From positions 744,001 to 808,000 of the forward strand of contig JAQGDQ010002369.1 in NCBI GenBank assembly GCA_030141605.1: 64,000 nucleotides of DNA. The letters are read 5' to 3'. The stretch is from Tubiluchus corallicola (lineage: Eukaryota > Animalia > Priapulida). The translations under genes were made by a program, and so were the position numbers. This document shows positions 41,119 to 51,050 of this stretch, in pieces. A model generated the notes under the pieces. That model ran no database searches. It saw nothing but the letters and a program-made list of their open reading frames with translations, and was not told the origin of the DNA. Numbering within the stretch: the first letter of the stretch is position 1; every line of letters starts with the position of its first letter.

Positions 41119-41964
41119 TTATTGCTCCTCCTCGAGATATTTCTTAATCATTCCGTCTCGCTTTTGGAGATAGTCGGCCATGATGGAAGAAACTCTTTCT
41201 TCTGTCTGGTTTTCAGGAAGTTTTGCTTTAGTCCCTAATTGGACAAGATATTCTTTATCATGGGACTTTCCTGCCTTTGTCAAATCGAGATCAAAAGACT
41301 CAGACAAAGAGAGCGCCATCGGATGATCTGTGAACCCTCCCAGGGCTTCCTTCATTTTTTGCGCTCTTTCAACATTGAGAACGGCCATATAATTTTTCAA
41401 TTGATTTGGACTGATGTCATCCCTTCCCATGATCATTACGTGAAGAGCTGCATGTTTGATGGCGTATTCATTGATGACATCGCGAACGCGAATGGCTAAA
41501 GGGTCATCATTGAACCAGATAAAGTCATTGGGATCTGATACAGACTTAGGGCTTTCTTCTACTCTTTCTTGGATGATTTGAGAGACCAATAGATCTGGGT
41601 GGCCTTTGGCAACAGCATGAAGACGTTTGTTCGTTCTTTTGTCCAATGTTGCAATTTCTTCCTGCATTTTTTCGATTTTTTGGCGGTATTGAATACCCTC
41701 ATGACTTACATCTTTCCACTCTTTGATTGCCTCTTTCCACTGGTCGAGGAAAACGTCATACCGGCCTTCCGCCATTCCTTCCTGGTATTCCTTGTCCAGT
41801 TCTTCAAGAATGTTGTTATAGGTTCCGTTCTGATATTGATCACGAATTCCTTGAATCCATTGAGGACCCATGACCCATGCAGACTGTTCGTCTGAAGACG
41901 GTTCGGCCGCGCCCAATGAAAGCGAACCTAAAGCAATAGAGGAGATTAAAAACCATTTTCTCAT
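41119..41964 (-). CDS. Secreted helical hypothetical protein (paralog B)
   Basis: Shares EYQEGMAEGR, HPDLLVS.IIQERV and PENQ.EERVSSIMADYL with paralog A. Confidence 0.75.
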   Translation of the reverse strand: MRKWFLISSIALGSLSLGAAEPSSDEQSAWVMGPQWIQGIRDQYQNGTYNNILEELDKEYQEGMAEGRYDVFLDQWKEAIKEWKDVSHEGIQYRQKIEKMQEEIATLDKRTNKRLHAVAKGHPDLLVSQIIQERVEESPKSVSDPNDFIWFNDDPLAIRVRDVINEYAIKHAALHVMIMGRDDISPNQLKNYMAVLNVERAQKMKEALGGFTDHPMALSLSESFDLDLTKAGKSHDKEYLVQLGTKAKLPENQTEERVSSIMADYLQKRDGMIKKYLEEEQ

Positions 41965-42130
41965 AAAACCCTCATTCTAAATGAAAATTTAAGCTCATTT
42001 TATTAATTAAAGAGATAAAAATCGAACAGAAAATAATAAATACTTTTAAAAAAAAAGTCTATCAGAAAATCGTCTTGAAAAGAAGTAAAGAAACATTTTA
42101 AATAGCCGAATTTTTAATCAGGAGATAATT

Positions 42131-42396
42131 ATGAGTGTAGCGGCTTGCTTCCAGGCAATGAAAGATAAATGTACTTGCTGTTTTTCTAATAAATCGACAG
42201 AGCTTCAAGATCAGGAGGAAGATGATAGAAAACAACCGGTTGAACTTCATACACCTCCTCCAGCTAGTGACACATCGGGTGACACAACCTGACACATGCC
42301 GGAGTAGCAGGTGGTGAGGACGTAAGCGTTGCAGTTGTTCCTAAAGATGAGGAGATAGATTGGGAAATCATTGGACAGGGCGGGGTGAAAACCTAG
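42131..42396 (+). CDS. Small hypothetical protein (~88 aa if one base is restored near 42286)
   Basis: AGGAG SD; MSVAACFQAMKDKCTCCF...; reads to TGA at 42292, and a shifted frame continues to ...KDEEIDWEIIGQGGVKT*. Confidence 0.5.
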
Positions 42397-43847
42397 AGCT
42401 TCTCTCTTAGAATTTGTTCGATAGGTTCCAGGAACCGAAAGGTGATTTCATCCTGATTTGCTGGATTGATTTCCGTCTCATTTTCAATGATGAGATCAAA
42501 ATCAATAGTTTGGCCGCTTTCGACATATTCTTCGTAGTATCCCCTTGCTTCCAACAGCTCACGCAGAACGTCTTTTTCTCCATTCATGCGCCCTTCTGTT
42601 GTGAGGTCCCGCTCATCGATTCTTCGGAGGGCCTCTTCTTTACTGACATCGAGCCGGACCCAAAGGTGATCCATGTGAAATTGGTCCAATAAACCTCCGA
42701 GGATGTCTACCTTTCTTTCAAGGGCGCTGTCGACAATGATCAGTTGGTTGGGATAGTGCGCCAGAATAAAATGCATCATCGCATAAAGATATTGGTCCAT
42801 CTCCTTCGGTCCCATTGATACCTTTTTCTCTCGAAGAAGGTTGCGTATTTGGTCGGAACTGATCCGGATCGCCTGATATTTATCTTCTACAACGCGGGCC
42901 AATGTGGATTTTCCCATACCGGGAGTTCCGGAAATTCCGATCATGACGGGAGAATGGGGAAAATGCAGGTGTTCGAATTGGGAGAGGTGCTCTTCGAAGA
43001 TATCGAAATGCTTTACGAGAACGGAGTAGGGAATCATGGAATGAAAGGAGCTTTCATCGTCTTCCCAGATGCCATCGGCGATGAACTTGCGGATTTTCCG
43101 ATCATTTTCTTCCTTAGAGTAGAGCGTTTTTCTTCTTTCCGTGCCTGTTGTATACATCAAACAGAGACCGGGGCAAAAAGAAGAGAGACTCTTCTCTACT
43201 TCCTTCTGAAGTTGCCGGTTTCCTCCTTCGAAATCATCGATCAGTAATAAAAAAGAAGGTCGTTGTTTCATCTGCTCCAGAAAATGCAGGAGGACCTGCC
43301 CTTTAGGCTGTCTTGCACCAAAAATGACTCCGTCATGAAATTGATATTCTAGATTTTCCGTTTGATATAGGGAAAAATCTCTTCCTAAAATCGTAGGTGA
43401 AAAATCGAGTCCGAGCTCTTTGAGCTGCTGGATCAAAAAAGGGCCGGTAGGGGCATGAAAATCAGTAGCAGGACGGGAAGTAAGGGCAAATACATACTTT
43501 GCCTGATCTCTCAGACTCTTTAATACCCTACGAGTCTTTTCCCCTTCTACAAGCTCGACTCTAAGGTGAGTGAAAAGCGCTGCGAGAATCATCTCCTGAA
43601 GAAGAGGGCTGCTGGTTTTTTCTTCGAGTTCTTTTTTGTATCTCATTCCCAAGGCTTTCATCGAAGGTTCCTGGCGCATAATGAGAGTGTCATCGATGTC
43701 TAAAATGACTATAGAGCCTTTTGGAAGCGTGGGAAATTCAGAAAGAGAGGTGATGCATGAATGGGACTTGGGGCTAGAAAACGAAAGATCTCTTTCATGG
43801 GACCCCAAGAATATAGGAAGAAAAAAAACTAGAAAAAAATATCTCAT
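42393..43847 (-). CDS. DUF2608 HAD-like domain fused to a P-loop kinase (AAA_33-like)
   Basis: LDIDDTL, LTSR, K and IDD HAD motifs; GTPGMGKST Walker A and D.IR. Confidence 0.75.
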   Translation of the reverse strand: MRYFFLVFFLPIFLGSHERDLSFSSPKSHSCITSLSEFPTLPKGSIVILDIDDTLIMRQEPSMKALGMRYKKELEEKTSSPLLQEMILAALFTHLRVELVEGEKTRRVLKSLRDQAKYVFALTSRPATDFHAPTGPFLIQQLKELGLDFSPTILGRDFSLYQTENLEYQFHDGVIFGARQPKGQVLLHFLEQMKQRPSFLLLIDDFEGGNRQLQKEVEKSLSSFCPGLCLMYTTGTERRKTLYSKEENDRKIRKFIADGIWEDDESSFHSMIPYSVLVKHFDIFEEHLSQFEHLHFPHSPVMIGISGTPGMGKSTLARVVEDKYQAIRISSDQIRNLLREKKVSMGPKEMDQYLYAMMHFILAHYPNQLIIVDSALERKVDILGGLLDQFHMDHLWVRLDVSKEEALRRIDERDLTTEGRMNGEKDVLRELLEARGYYEEYVESGQTIDFDLIIENETEINPANQDEITFRFLEPIEQILREKL

Positions 43848-43849
43848 TC

Positions 43850-44302
43850 TTACTCGGGGAAAATAATTGATCCTGGATCTTTAGCTTCAAGATCAGCGAT
43901 ACTAGGTGCTAGTTTGATCCGATCAATTGCAAATTCATCAGGTTTTTCAGGAAATCCTAATACCCTGTAATCATTCGTATCTTTGGTGAAATCAAAGGTT
44001 CTTGTCAACTCTTCAGGTGTCAGACTAGGGATGAAAATCATATCTGTTCCGTCCACATTGATCGTAATTGAGACGATTTTGAAAAAATCAAAACCATTCG
44101 CTTCCGCTACATTTGCTCCTTCGACTAGCCCGACAAGTACCGCTTGGATTTGGTGAAATAGCTCCTCTGAAATAGCTCCTCTGCTTGATCGGCAAAAACA
44201 GGACAAATCCATATAAGCATCGCAAAAAGCAATTTTTTCATAAGACCTCCGTAATAATGGAGATTGTTGTAAATCAAAAATTTCTTTTTCGTCTATGTTC
44301 AT
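43850..44302 (-). CDS. Hypothetical protein
   Basis: 150-aa ORF ending 2 nt before the next start. Confidence 0.55.
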   Translation of the reverse strand: MNIDEKEIFDLQQSPLLRRSYEKIAFCDAYMDLSCFCRSSRGAISEELFHQIQAVLVGLVEGANVAEANGFDFFKIVSITINVDGTDMIFIPSLTPEELTRTFDFTKDTNDYRVLGFPEKPDEFAIDRIKLAPSIADLEAKDPGSIIFPE

Positions 44303-44362
44303 CTCTCGAAATTTAATTCATGGGTAGGTATCAAGAAAATAAAGACGTCGTAAGGGAACAAA

Positions 44363-46707
44363 TTGCGAAAAGGATTTTTGGTATTTCTTTTTCTTATGAA
44401 CAGCGTTTCTTGGAGTCAGGAGATCGAAGATCTTAAGCAAAATCTTCGAGAAGAAGTGAGGCAAAATTCAGAACAGGCTGAGATCTTGCGAAAAGAGCTA
44501 CAGGCGCAATTTGAAGATCAGAATCTTCAAGATTTTCAAGCTGAAAATCGCAAAGAAAGAGAAAAGCTTAAACAACTAGTTACGGATTCGAACAAAAAAT
44601 ATCAATCTCAGCTCGATCAAATCCACCTCACGGAGAATCGGCTGCATCAGGAAATATCTGACATTATCGAACTAGAAAGAGAGACTCAGACTAAAATCGG
44701 TCAGGAAATTTCAAACCTTCACGAATTAAGGCATAAGAGAGAAAAAGCTATACCTTTAGAAACAATAGAGGTTGAAATCGAGGCACTCAGAGAGAAAATC
44801 GAAAAAATGGAAGTTCTTCAAGAACAGATACGCTCTTTGAAAAAAGACCCAATAGGTCCATTGCGGAAACAACTGGAGAATTTAGAAAAAGAAAAGAAAT
44901 ACATTGAAGAGTTAGAGGATGCCCGAGAGAATCTGATTGTACTTAAAGAGTAAAAAAATTCAAGAGCTTAAAAAGAAACAAATCTATCTTCAAAAGAGAC
45001 TACAATGGATTCAAGGTGAGTTAGCCGAGGTTCAACAGAAGGAAGAAAGACTTAGCGCACAATATCAGAATCAGCTAGTTGTCTATAAAGAAAATCCTCA
45101 ACTCTTTGGGAACCGAGGACCCGCCTCCCCTGCCTCCAGCTACTCCTTCTCCTCCTTCAGAGATCCCTTCTCTTCTCGTGCAGTTCAAGCATAGAGAACC
45201 AAGAGGAATTGGATATGACGAAGGTTATACCTCTGCTGAGATATTTTATACTCCGAACTGCAGTTTCGTCACAAGATTCCAGCCATTTGTCGATTTACAT
45301 CTTCATCTATTTAATGATGCCCGGTTTGCCTCTAATATCGGGATTGGAACGAGACTTCTCTTCACTGATTCTTGGATTTTTGGGATGAATGCCTATTATG
45401 ATTTGCGTCTGGCAAAAAAAATCAATGCGCAGCAAATAGGATTAGGACTAGAGGCTCTCAGTAAACGCATCGATTTTCGCTTGAACGCATATATCCCTGT
45501 CGGAGCTCAACAAAAAACCGGAAAAATACTGTTTGGTCATTTTCAAGAAAATGAGCTTATATTGAAACGGAAAGACAGAGCCGTCCTTCCCAGCCTTGAA
45601 GGTGAACTGGGTCTCTCTCTTTTGCGAAAAAAAAATGCCCAGATTTATACTGCCATCGGCCCCTACTATCTTTTTCAGCAGAAAAACGATCTTCAACACC
45701 TGGGAAGATCGCTTGGAGGAAAAGGCCGTCTCACAGCTTCATTTTGGGAAAAAGTTCAATTGTGCTTCGATGCGAGTTATGACCGAGTCTTTCATTGGAG
45801 AACAGAAGGTACGATTGCACTTAATTTTTACTTTGGAAAATCCGACTCACAAAGGAAAAGCTCGAGTACCTACTCTACCATGAATCAACTGATGGTCCAG
45901 TCTGTCGAAAGAAGGGATATCATTCCAATTGAAGAGAAGAAGGAGGAGTTTGTTGCCGTCGATGAAAGAACAGGAAATCCCCTTCATTGGATTTTCGTGA
46001 ACAATACGGTCCCTTTTTCCGGATTTGGAACTTTTGAAGTTCCTTTTAATTCTCTTGCATTAGCCCAAGCAAATTCACGCCCGTTTGATGTGATCTATGT
46101 CTTTGCTGGAGACGGAACAACGACTAACATGAGCTCTGGGATCACTCTTCAAAGAGATCAGTGGTTTCAAGGATCAGGGTTAGACTTCGTAATTTGCGAT
46201 GTTACTATCCCAGCCTTCACTCCAGGGATCAATCCAACGATTACAAATATAGCAGGTACCGCTATCGAATTGAGTGCGAGTGGAAATGTTGTGGACGCAT
46301 TCAATATCACATCCCCTACTGTCAATGGGGTTAACTCAGTCTTTGGAGGGAATTATCGTATTTCCAGAAATACGATTACTGGAGCTTCTGTTGGAGTAAA
46401 CTTTGTGGATCAAATTGGAACAAATCAAGTCATCAATAATACAATTACGAGTACTTTCGTAAATATTTTTCTTAATGTGGGGGCTGGAAGAAGCGTTACA
46501 GATGTATCGAACAACATTGTTTCAGGCGGGGCAGCTGGGATGGCCTTCATCAAATCAGCTAGCCTAACTGGCCAATATTGCTTGAAATTAGCCAATAATG
46601 TGAATACAGCCCCTGGGACATATTTCATCATCAATTCATCGGCGTCGGCTTCTCTTTTCCAAATTGAATCTCCAACTGCTTCCCTAGCCGGAGTACCATT
46701 AATGTAG
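44363..46707 (+). CDS. Inverse autotransporter beta-domain protein with N-terminal coiled coil, two frameshifts
   Basis: Signal peptide, E/Q/K/L heptads, Pro linker and barrel (HRE.RGIGY..GY, FG.NAYYD, DFR.N.Y.P); GTFE.PF and N-rich beta-helix. Confidence 0.72.
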
Positions 46708-46869
46708 GGACTTTTGGAACTTTCGGTCCTCTCCTCTTTGTTCTTCCTGGCACTAGTTGCCCTTAAAAATTGTCTTTGAATACAAAATGAGGTCAAAAAG
46801 TTCTTGTCTTTGTTTCAAAAACTTTTTATATCCTGAGTTTAGGAGTAACATTCTATCTCGAGGAAGAAA

Positions 46870-47187
46870 ATGAAAAAATTCCATTTGTTTCTGGCCTGTG
46901 TATACCTCACTGCCCTTGCAAGCTTTATGGCTGGATGTGAAGGCTGTGATACGCAAAAAGGACCAGCGAAAGCAGAATCGGGCCCATGCAGTCAACTCTC
47001 CCAAAAAGAGCAGGATTTTGCAATGAAATTGAGCCAGCTCTACCGCGGCATCTTTTGTCAAAGAATGAACGACTCGGAGCGTGAAGAAGCCATGAGCATG
47101 GCAGCTCAGACCGGTGATGCTGATATGGCTGTGGAAAAAGTTCTACAAAAATACAAGCAAAGTAAAACTTGTCCGAACGAATCTTAG
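46870..47187 (+). CDS. Putative lipoprotein
   Basis: Lipobox MAGC; AGGA SD. Confidence 0.65.
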   Translation: MKKFHLFLACVYLTALASFMAGCEGCDTQKGPAKAESGPCSQLSQKEQDFAMKLSQLYRGIFCQRMNDSEREEAMSMAAQTGDADMAVEKVLQKYKQSKTCPNES

Positions 47188-47313
47188 GACCTATCCCAAT
47201 CATAGGTTTATTTCTGGAGTGCATTGCTCTCTCAATGCACTCTAATTTTTTCTTATCTAGACCTTTATTCCCCTATTTTTCATGATGTCCGCTCATTTTA
47301 CAGAGAAGACGTT

Positions 47314-47949
47314 ATGAGCATTGATTTTTCCGGACATATCAGAGGTAAATTCTCCTCTGAAGAATTCGGTGTTCAAAAAATTGATATACTCGCAGCAAAA
47401 CATGAGGTGCGGCCTACCTTCAGTAGAGTCCATAAGATAGCCCTGGGGGTGATCGCTTTTCTCGTTGAACTTCCCCTTAGTGAGTTTATCTTCAACGGAA
47501 CGGTTTGGGTCCTTGAGAAGTTGGGGGTAAGCGATTTTCAGTCTCAAAACTGTATTCAGATCCTTGATCGTCTCGAAGGAAACTGTCTGATGAACTTCTC
47601 CCAGACCGCTCTTCGAACTTTGTTTATTGCATACATCGTTTTTGGTGCGCCGATTATTGAAGAATGGATTTTCCGGGATGAACTTTACTCTGCTCAATTG
47701 TCCCTGGACAACCATTCCATCGAATCAGGCAAAGTAGCCTCCCGGGTGGCATGGAATGGGGCGATTTTCGGATTATGCCATCTCGATCCTCTACAAGGCT
47801 GGACCAATGTCCCTATCTTCGTCACCATTTCTACAATGGGAATGGTTCTTGCCTATCTCAGAGAAATCACCGGGGATACAACAGCCTCTACGACGACTCA
47901 TATGCTCCACAATGGATCGGCAATGCTTCAATATATGGGTAAGGTTTAA
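47314..47949 (+). CDS. CPBP (CAAX/Abi) family intramembrane glutamic endopeptidase
   Basis: EE..FR, FG..H and H..HN motifs. Confidence 0.88.
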   Translation: MSIDFSGHIRGKFSSEEFGVQKIDILAAKHEVRPTFSRVHKIALGVIAFLVELPLSEFIFNGTVWVLEKLGVSDFQSQNCIQILDRLEGNCLMNFSQTALRTLFIAYIVFGAPIIEEWIFRDELYSAQLSLDNHSIESGKVASRVAWNGAIFGLCHLDPLQGWTNVPIFVTISTMGMVLAYLREITGDTTASTTTHMLHNGSAMLQYMGKV

Positions 47950-49103
47950 GATTCTTTAGACTGGTAGGCGATTTGTCCTTTGCAAATCGTCATGATGACT
48001 TGCAAATCTTCATCAAGAATCACTAAATCAGCATCCTTTCCTTCTTTGATGCTTCCGATTTGGTCATAGAGATGGAGTTCTTTTGCAGGATTGACTGAGG
48101 TCATTTGAATCAGGTCCTGAATGGAACAGTCTGTATAGGCAAACATATTTTCAAAAGCATCTTTCATTTTAAGAACGCTTCCTGCCAATTGCTGGGAAGC
48201 CAGGCGTGCTTCATTGCCTCTCACACGAACGGTTTGTCCTCCAAGATCAAACTCTCCGTCTCCCAGACATTTTGCTCTCATTGCATCCGTAACAAGTACG
48301 AGATGTGCACTCCCTTTCATGCGGAAGGCCAAGAGGTTCATGGCAGGATGAAGATGCACTCCGTCTGCGATCAATTCGCACATGACCCGGTCATCCAAAA
48401 GAGCGGCAACTGCTGCACCCGGGGCCCGATGATGAATCGGAGTCATTGCATTGAAAAGATGAGTAACATGGGAGGCGCCTTCATTGAAAGCGGCCTCAGC
48501 CTGTTCGATCGTCGCATTCGTATGGCCGATTGAAACGATCACCTTTTGATTTTTCAAGTGGTGAATGACTTCCAGTGCTCCTTTTTCTTCCGGGGCTATA
48601 GTGACCATTCTGATCGGTGAAAGAGCAAGCCATCTTTTCATCAATGCGAGATCTGGCGCAAGAATGTTCTCTTTCTGCTGTGCTCCTGGTTTTAATGGCG
48701 AGAGAAAAGGGCCTTCCAAATGCACCCCTAAAATCTGTGCGCCTGTTTTATTACGGCCGTTGATGTAATCCTTCACGTTCAATAGGGCTTTTTCGATTTT
48801 CTTAGGGCTTTCACTCATGGTTGTTGCCAAAAAGGAAGTAGTTCCTTCTTTGGGAAGAGCTTCACATATAGTAGAAAGCGCATCAGTCTCAGCATCCATG
48901 ACATCAGATCCTGCGCAGCCGTGGATGTGAAGGTCGATCATTCCGGGGATAACGATGGCGGATTTAGGAAACTTTAAGGTGTTCGCGTGGGATACGACGC
49001 CAATTTTATGAATGGTGCCATTCTCAATCCAAAGACTGTCATTCTTATGGACTCTGTCTTCTCCATAGATCGTCGGACCTTGAATCACAAATCCATTTTT
49101 CAT
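47946..49103 (-). CDS. nagA: N-acetylglucosamine-6-phosphate deacetylase
   Basis: PG.ID.HIHG, HLEGPF, GHT.A, THLFNAM, DG.H, VTDAM and LAGS motifs. Confidence 0.96.
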   Translation of the reverse strand: MKNGFVIQGPTIYGEDRVHKNDSLWIENGTIHKIGVVSHANTLKFPKSAIVIPGMIDLHIHGCAGSDVMDAETDALSTICEALPKEGTTSFLATTMSESPKKIEKALLNVKDYINGRNKTGAQILGVHLEGPFLSPLKPGAQQKENILAPDLALMKRWLALSPIRMVTIAPEEKGALEVIHHLKNQKVIVSIGHTNATIEQAEAAFNEGASHVTHLFNAMTPIHHRAPGAAVAALLDDRVMCELIADGVHLHPAMNLLAFRMKGSAHLVLVTDAMRAKCLGDGEFDLGGQTVRVRGNEARLASQQLAGSVLKMKDAFENMFAYTDCSIQDLIQMTSVNPAKELHLYDQIGSIKEGKDADLVILDEDLQVIMTICKGQIAYQSKES

Positions 49104-50155
49104 CTTGTTTTGGTCACCTTCTTTAAATTTTTCGGATGGTCGGGACTTTTTCCTTTTGCTGCAGAAAGATGTGCGATCATCGGATAAAACGCCTGAATTG
49201 CCATAATGGGATCGCATAAAGAATCCAGACTGGACGGAAGCGGTAAAAGAATCGAATCAACAGAAGTGATATTCACTTCAGATTCTAAAGATTTCGGATA
49301 GGCAATTAGTGGTTTTCCCCCTAGCGAAATCACCTTTTGCGCGAGCTCGAGCATCCCACGATAGGTAAGATCTTCCTGAATGAACATGAGAACAGGATAA
49401 TCTCTTCCTACAAGAGCCAAAGGTCCATGGAGGATCTCTGCACCGCTGAAAGCTTCAGCATGAATGGAACAGGTTTCTTTAAATTTCAAGGCAGCTTCCT
49501 GAGCAATAGGATAACCAAATCCTCTAGCCACAACGAGGGCATCATCATATTCTTTAAGGAGATCTACGGCGCCAGACCAGTCCATCGTTAATGTTTCTTC
49601 GAGTACATCGGGCAATTCTTCCAGTTGGGAAAGAAGGTGATAATCCTGCAGGTAGATCGCTGAAAAATGAAGGATGGTGAAAAGAGAAGAAATATAACTT
49701 TTCGTGGCTGCTACCGCCTTTTCTTCGCCAGCCCAAAGAGGAATGACGTAATCAGCAAGACCAGCCAAGGGTGAATTTATATCATTCACCATAGCAACGG
49801 TGATCGCTCCTTTTCTTCGGGATGTTTCTAAGATTTCACAAACATCGGGACTTTGACCTGACTGGGAAATACCAAGGACTAATGCATTATCTACATTGAG
49901 ATTTGCTCCATACATCGTCACGACAGAAGGAGCTGCGGAAGAAGTGACCCATCCGAGGCGGGACTCGAAAAGATACTTTGCAAAAGTGGAAGCATGGTCG
50001 GATGATCCCCTCGCATCAGTCATGACAAAAGGAGGAGGATGATTCTGAAGCCTTTTGGCCAAAGAACCTAAGATGTTCTGGTTTTCCTTCAAAGCTTTCC
50101 GGATGACTTTGGGTGTCTCGAAAGCTTCTTTTTCCATGGCAGTTTTTTTCTTCAT
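49100..50155 (-). CDS. SIS-domain glucosamine-6-phosphate deaminase (NagB-II / GlmS-like)
   Basis: ARGSSDHA, SQSG.SPD, AG.E.AVAATKS, E.ALK.KE, HGP and P..L.KVT.T motifs. Confidence 0.9.
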   Translation of the reverse strand: MKKKTAMEKEAFETPKVIRKALKENQNILGSLAKRLQNHPPPFVMTDARGSSDHASTFAKYLFESRLGWVTSSAAPSVVTMYGANLNVDNALVLGISQSGQSPDVCEILETSRRKGAITVAMVNDINSPLAGLADYVIPLWAGEEKAVAATKSYISSLFTILHFSAIYLQDYHLLSQLEELPDVLEETLTMDWSGAVDLLKEYDDALVVARGFGYPIAQEAALKFKETCSIHAEAFSGAEILHGPLALVGRDYPVLMFIQEDLTYRGMLELAQKVISLGGKPLIAYPKSLESEVNITSVDSILLPLPSSLDSLCDPIMAIQAFYPMIAHLSAAKGKSPDHPKNLKKVTKTR

Positions 50156-50162
50156 GATCGTC

Positions 50163-51050
50163 TCATATCCTTCCTAAGACTTCTTTCCGTATCATATAGA
50201 TGCATCCTTTGGTTGCATCATGTTTTCTTGGAACCAGTCTTTTACGCAATTCTTCTCCGATCCAGGGCTCGATGTATGGGGAAACACCTCCAAAAAAAGC
50301 ACAAGGCAGGGGTTTGTTCCCTTTTTGAGCCAAAGCAGCAGCCACCTTATCGATCTCACTCGCTGCCATCTGCACAAGACGGACAGCTAAAGGATCTTCC
50401 TTTTTTACATATTCAATCACGAATGGGGCAATCTGTGCAAATCGGGAAGAATTCGCTCTATTCGCCCAAACAACTAGTTTCACAAGATTACAGTCAAAGG
50501 AATCGAAGATCGCTTTTGTCAGTGGGGTTTTCTCTTCCCGCAAATCCAAAGCCTGAAGAGTATAACGGATTGCTTGCAAACCTAGCCATGCTCCTCCTCC
50601 TTCATCTCCATGCGGAAATCCCCACCCACCTACCTGCAGGGTTTTTTCCTTTTCGATTTTATAACCTACGACTCCCGTTCCAATAATGATGATTGATCCA
50701 TCCTCTCCTTCATGCGCTCCCAGGCAAGCCGCATAGGCGTCCGACTTCAATAATACTGTTTTGAATGGATGCAGAGTTGCGAGGAATTTGTGAATTGCAT
50801 CTGGTATTTCCGTTCCTGCCAGCCCAAATCCTACATGGAAATGATAGGCTGGATCATCGATTTTGAGATCGATACTTTTCAGAGCTGCATTCACCGCATT
50901 GTGAATAGACGTCCAGGAATTGGTAACAGAAAGACGGATGTTGGCAGGGCCCCCTTTCGACTGAGCGAGAAGATTTCCTTTTTCATCTTCCATTCGGAGT
51001 TTGGTCTTTGTCCCTCCTCCGTCTATTCCAATGAAAATGTTTTGCGTCAT
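50163..51050 (-). CDS. N-acetylglucosamine kinase (BadF/BadG/BcrA/BcrD ATPase family)
   Basis: GIDGGGTKT, G.AN, GTG and GGWG...GDEG.G.W.G motifs. Confidence 0.9.
   Translation of the reverse strand: MTQNIFIGIDGGGTKTKLRMEDEKGNLLAQSKGGPANIRLSVTNSWTSIHNAVNAALKSIDLKIDDPAYHFHVGFGLAGTEIPDAIHKFLATLHPFKTVLLKSDAYAACLGAHEGEDGSIIIIGTGVVGYKIEKEKTLQVGGWGFPHGDEGGGAWLGLQAIRYTLQALDLREEKTPLTKAIFDSFDCNLVKLVVWANRANSSRFAQIAPFVIEYVKKEDPLAVRLVQMAASEIDKVAAALAQKGNKPLPCAFFGGVSPYIEPWIGEELRKRLVPRKHDATKGCIYMIRKEVLGRI

Noticed and set aside
33950-47900. Integrative element or prophage at tRNA-Leu
   Set aside because: No integrase, transposase, phage genes or duplicated tRNA 3' end were found.
47314-47949. CPBP 'Abi' protease as a phage-defence or bacteriocin system
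   Set aside because: The family name is historical, and there are no neighbouring defence or bacteriocin genes.
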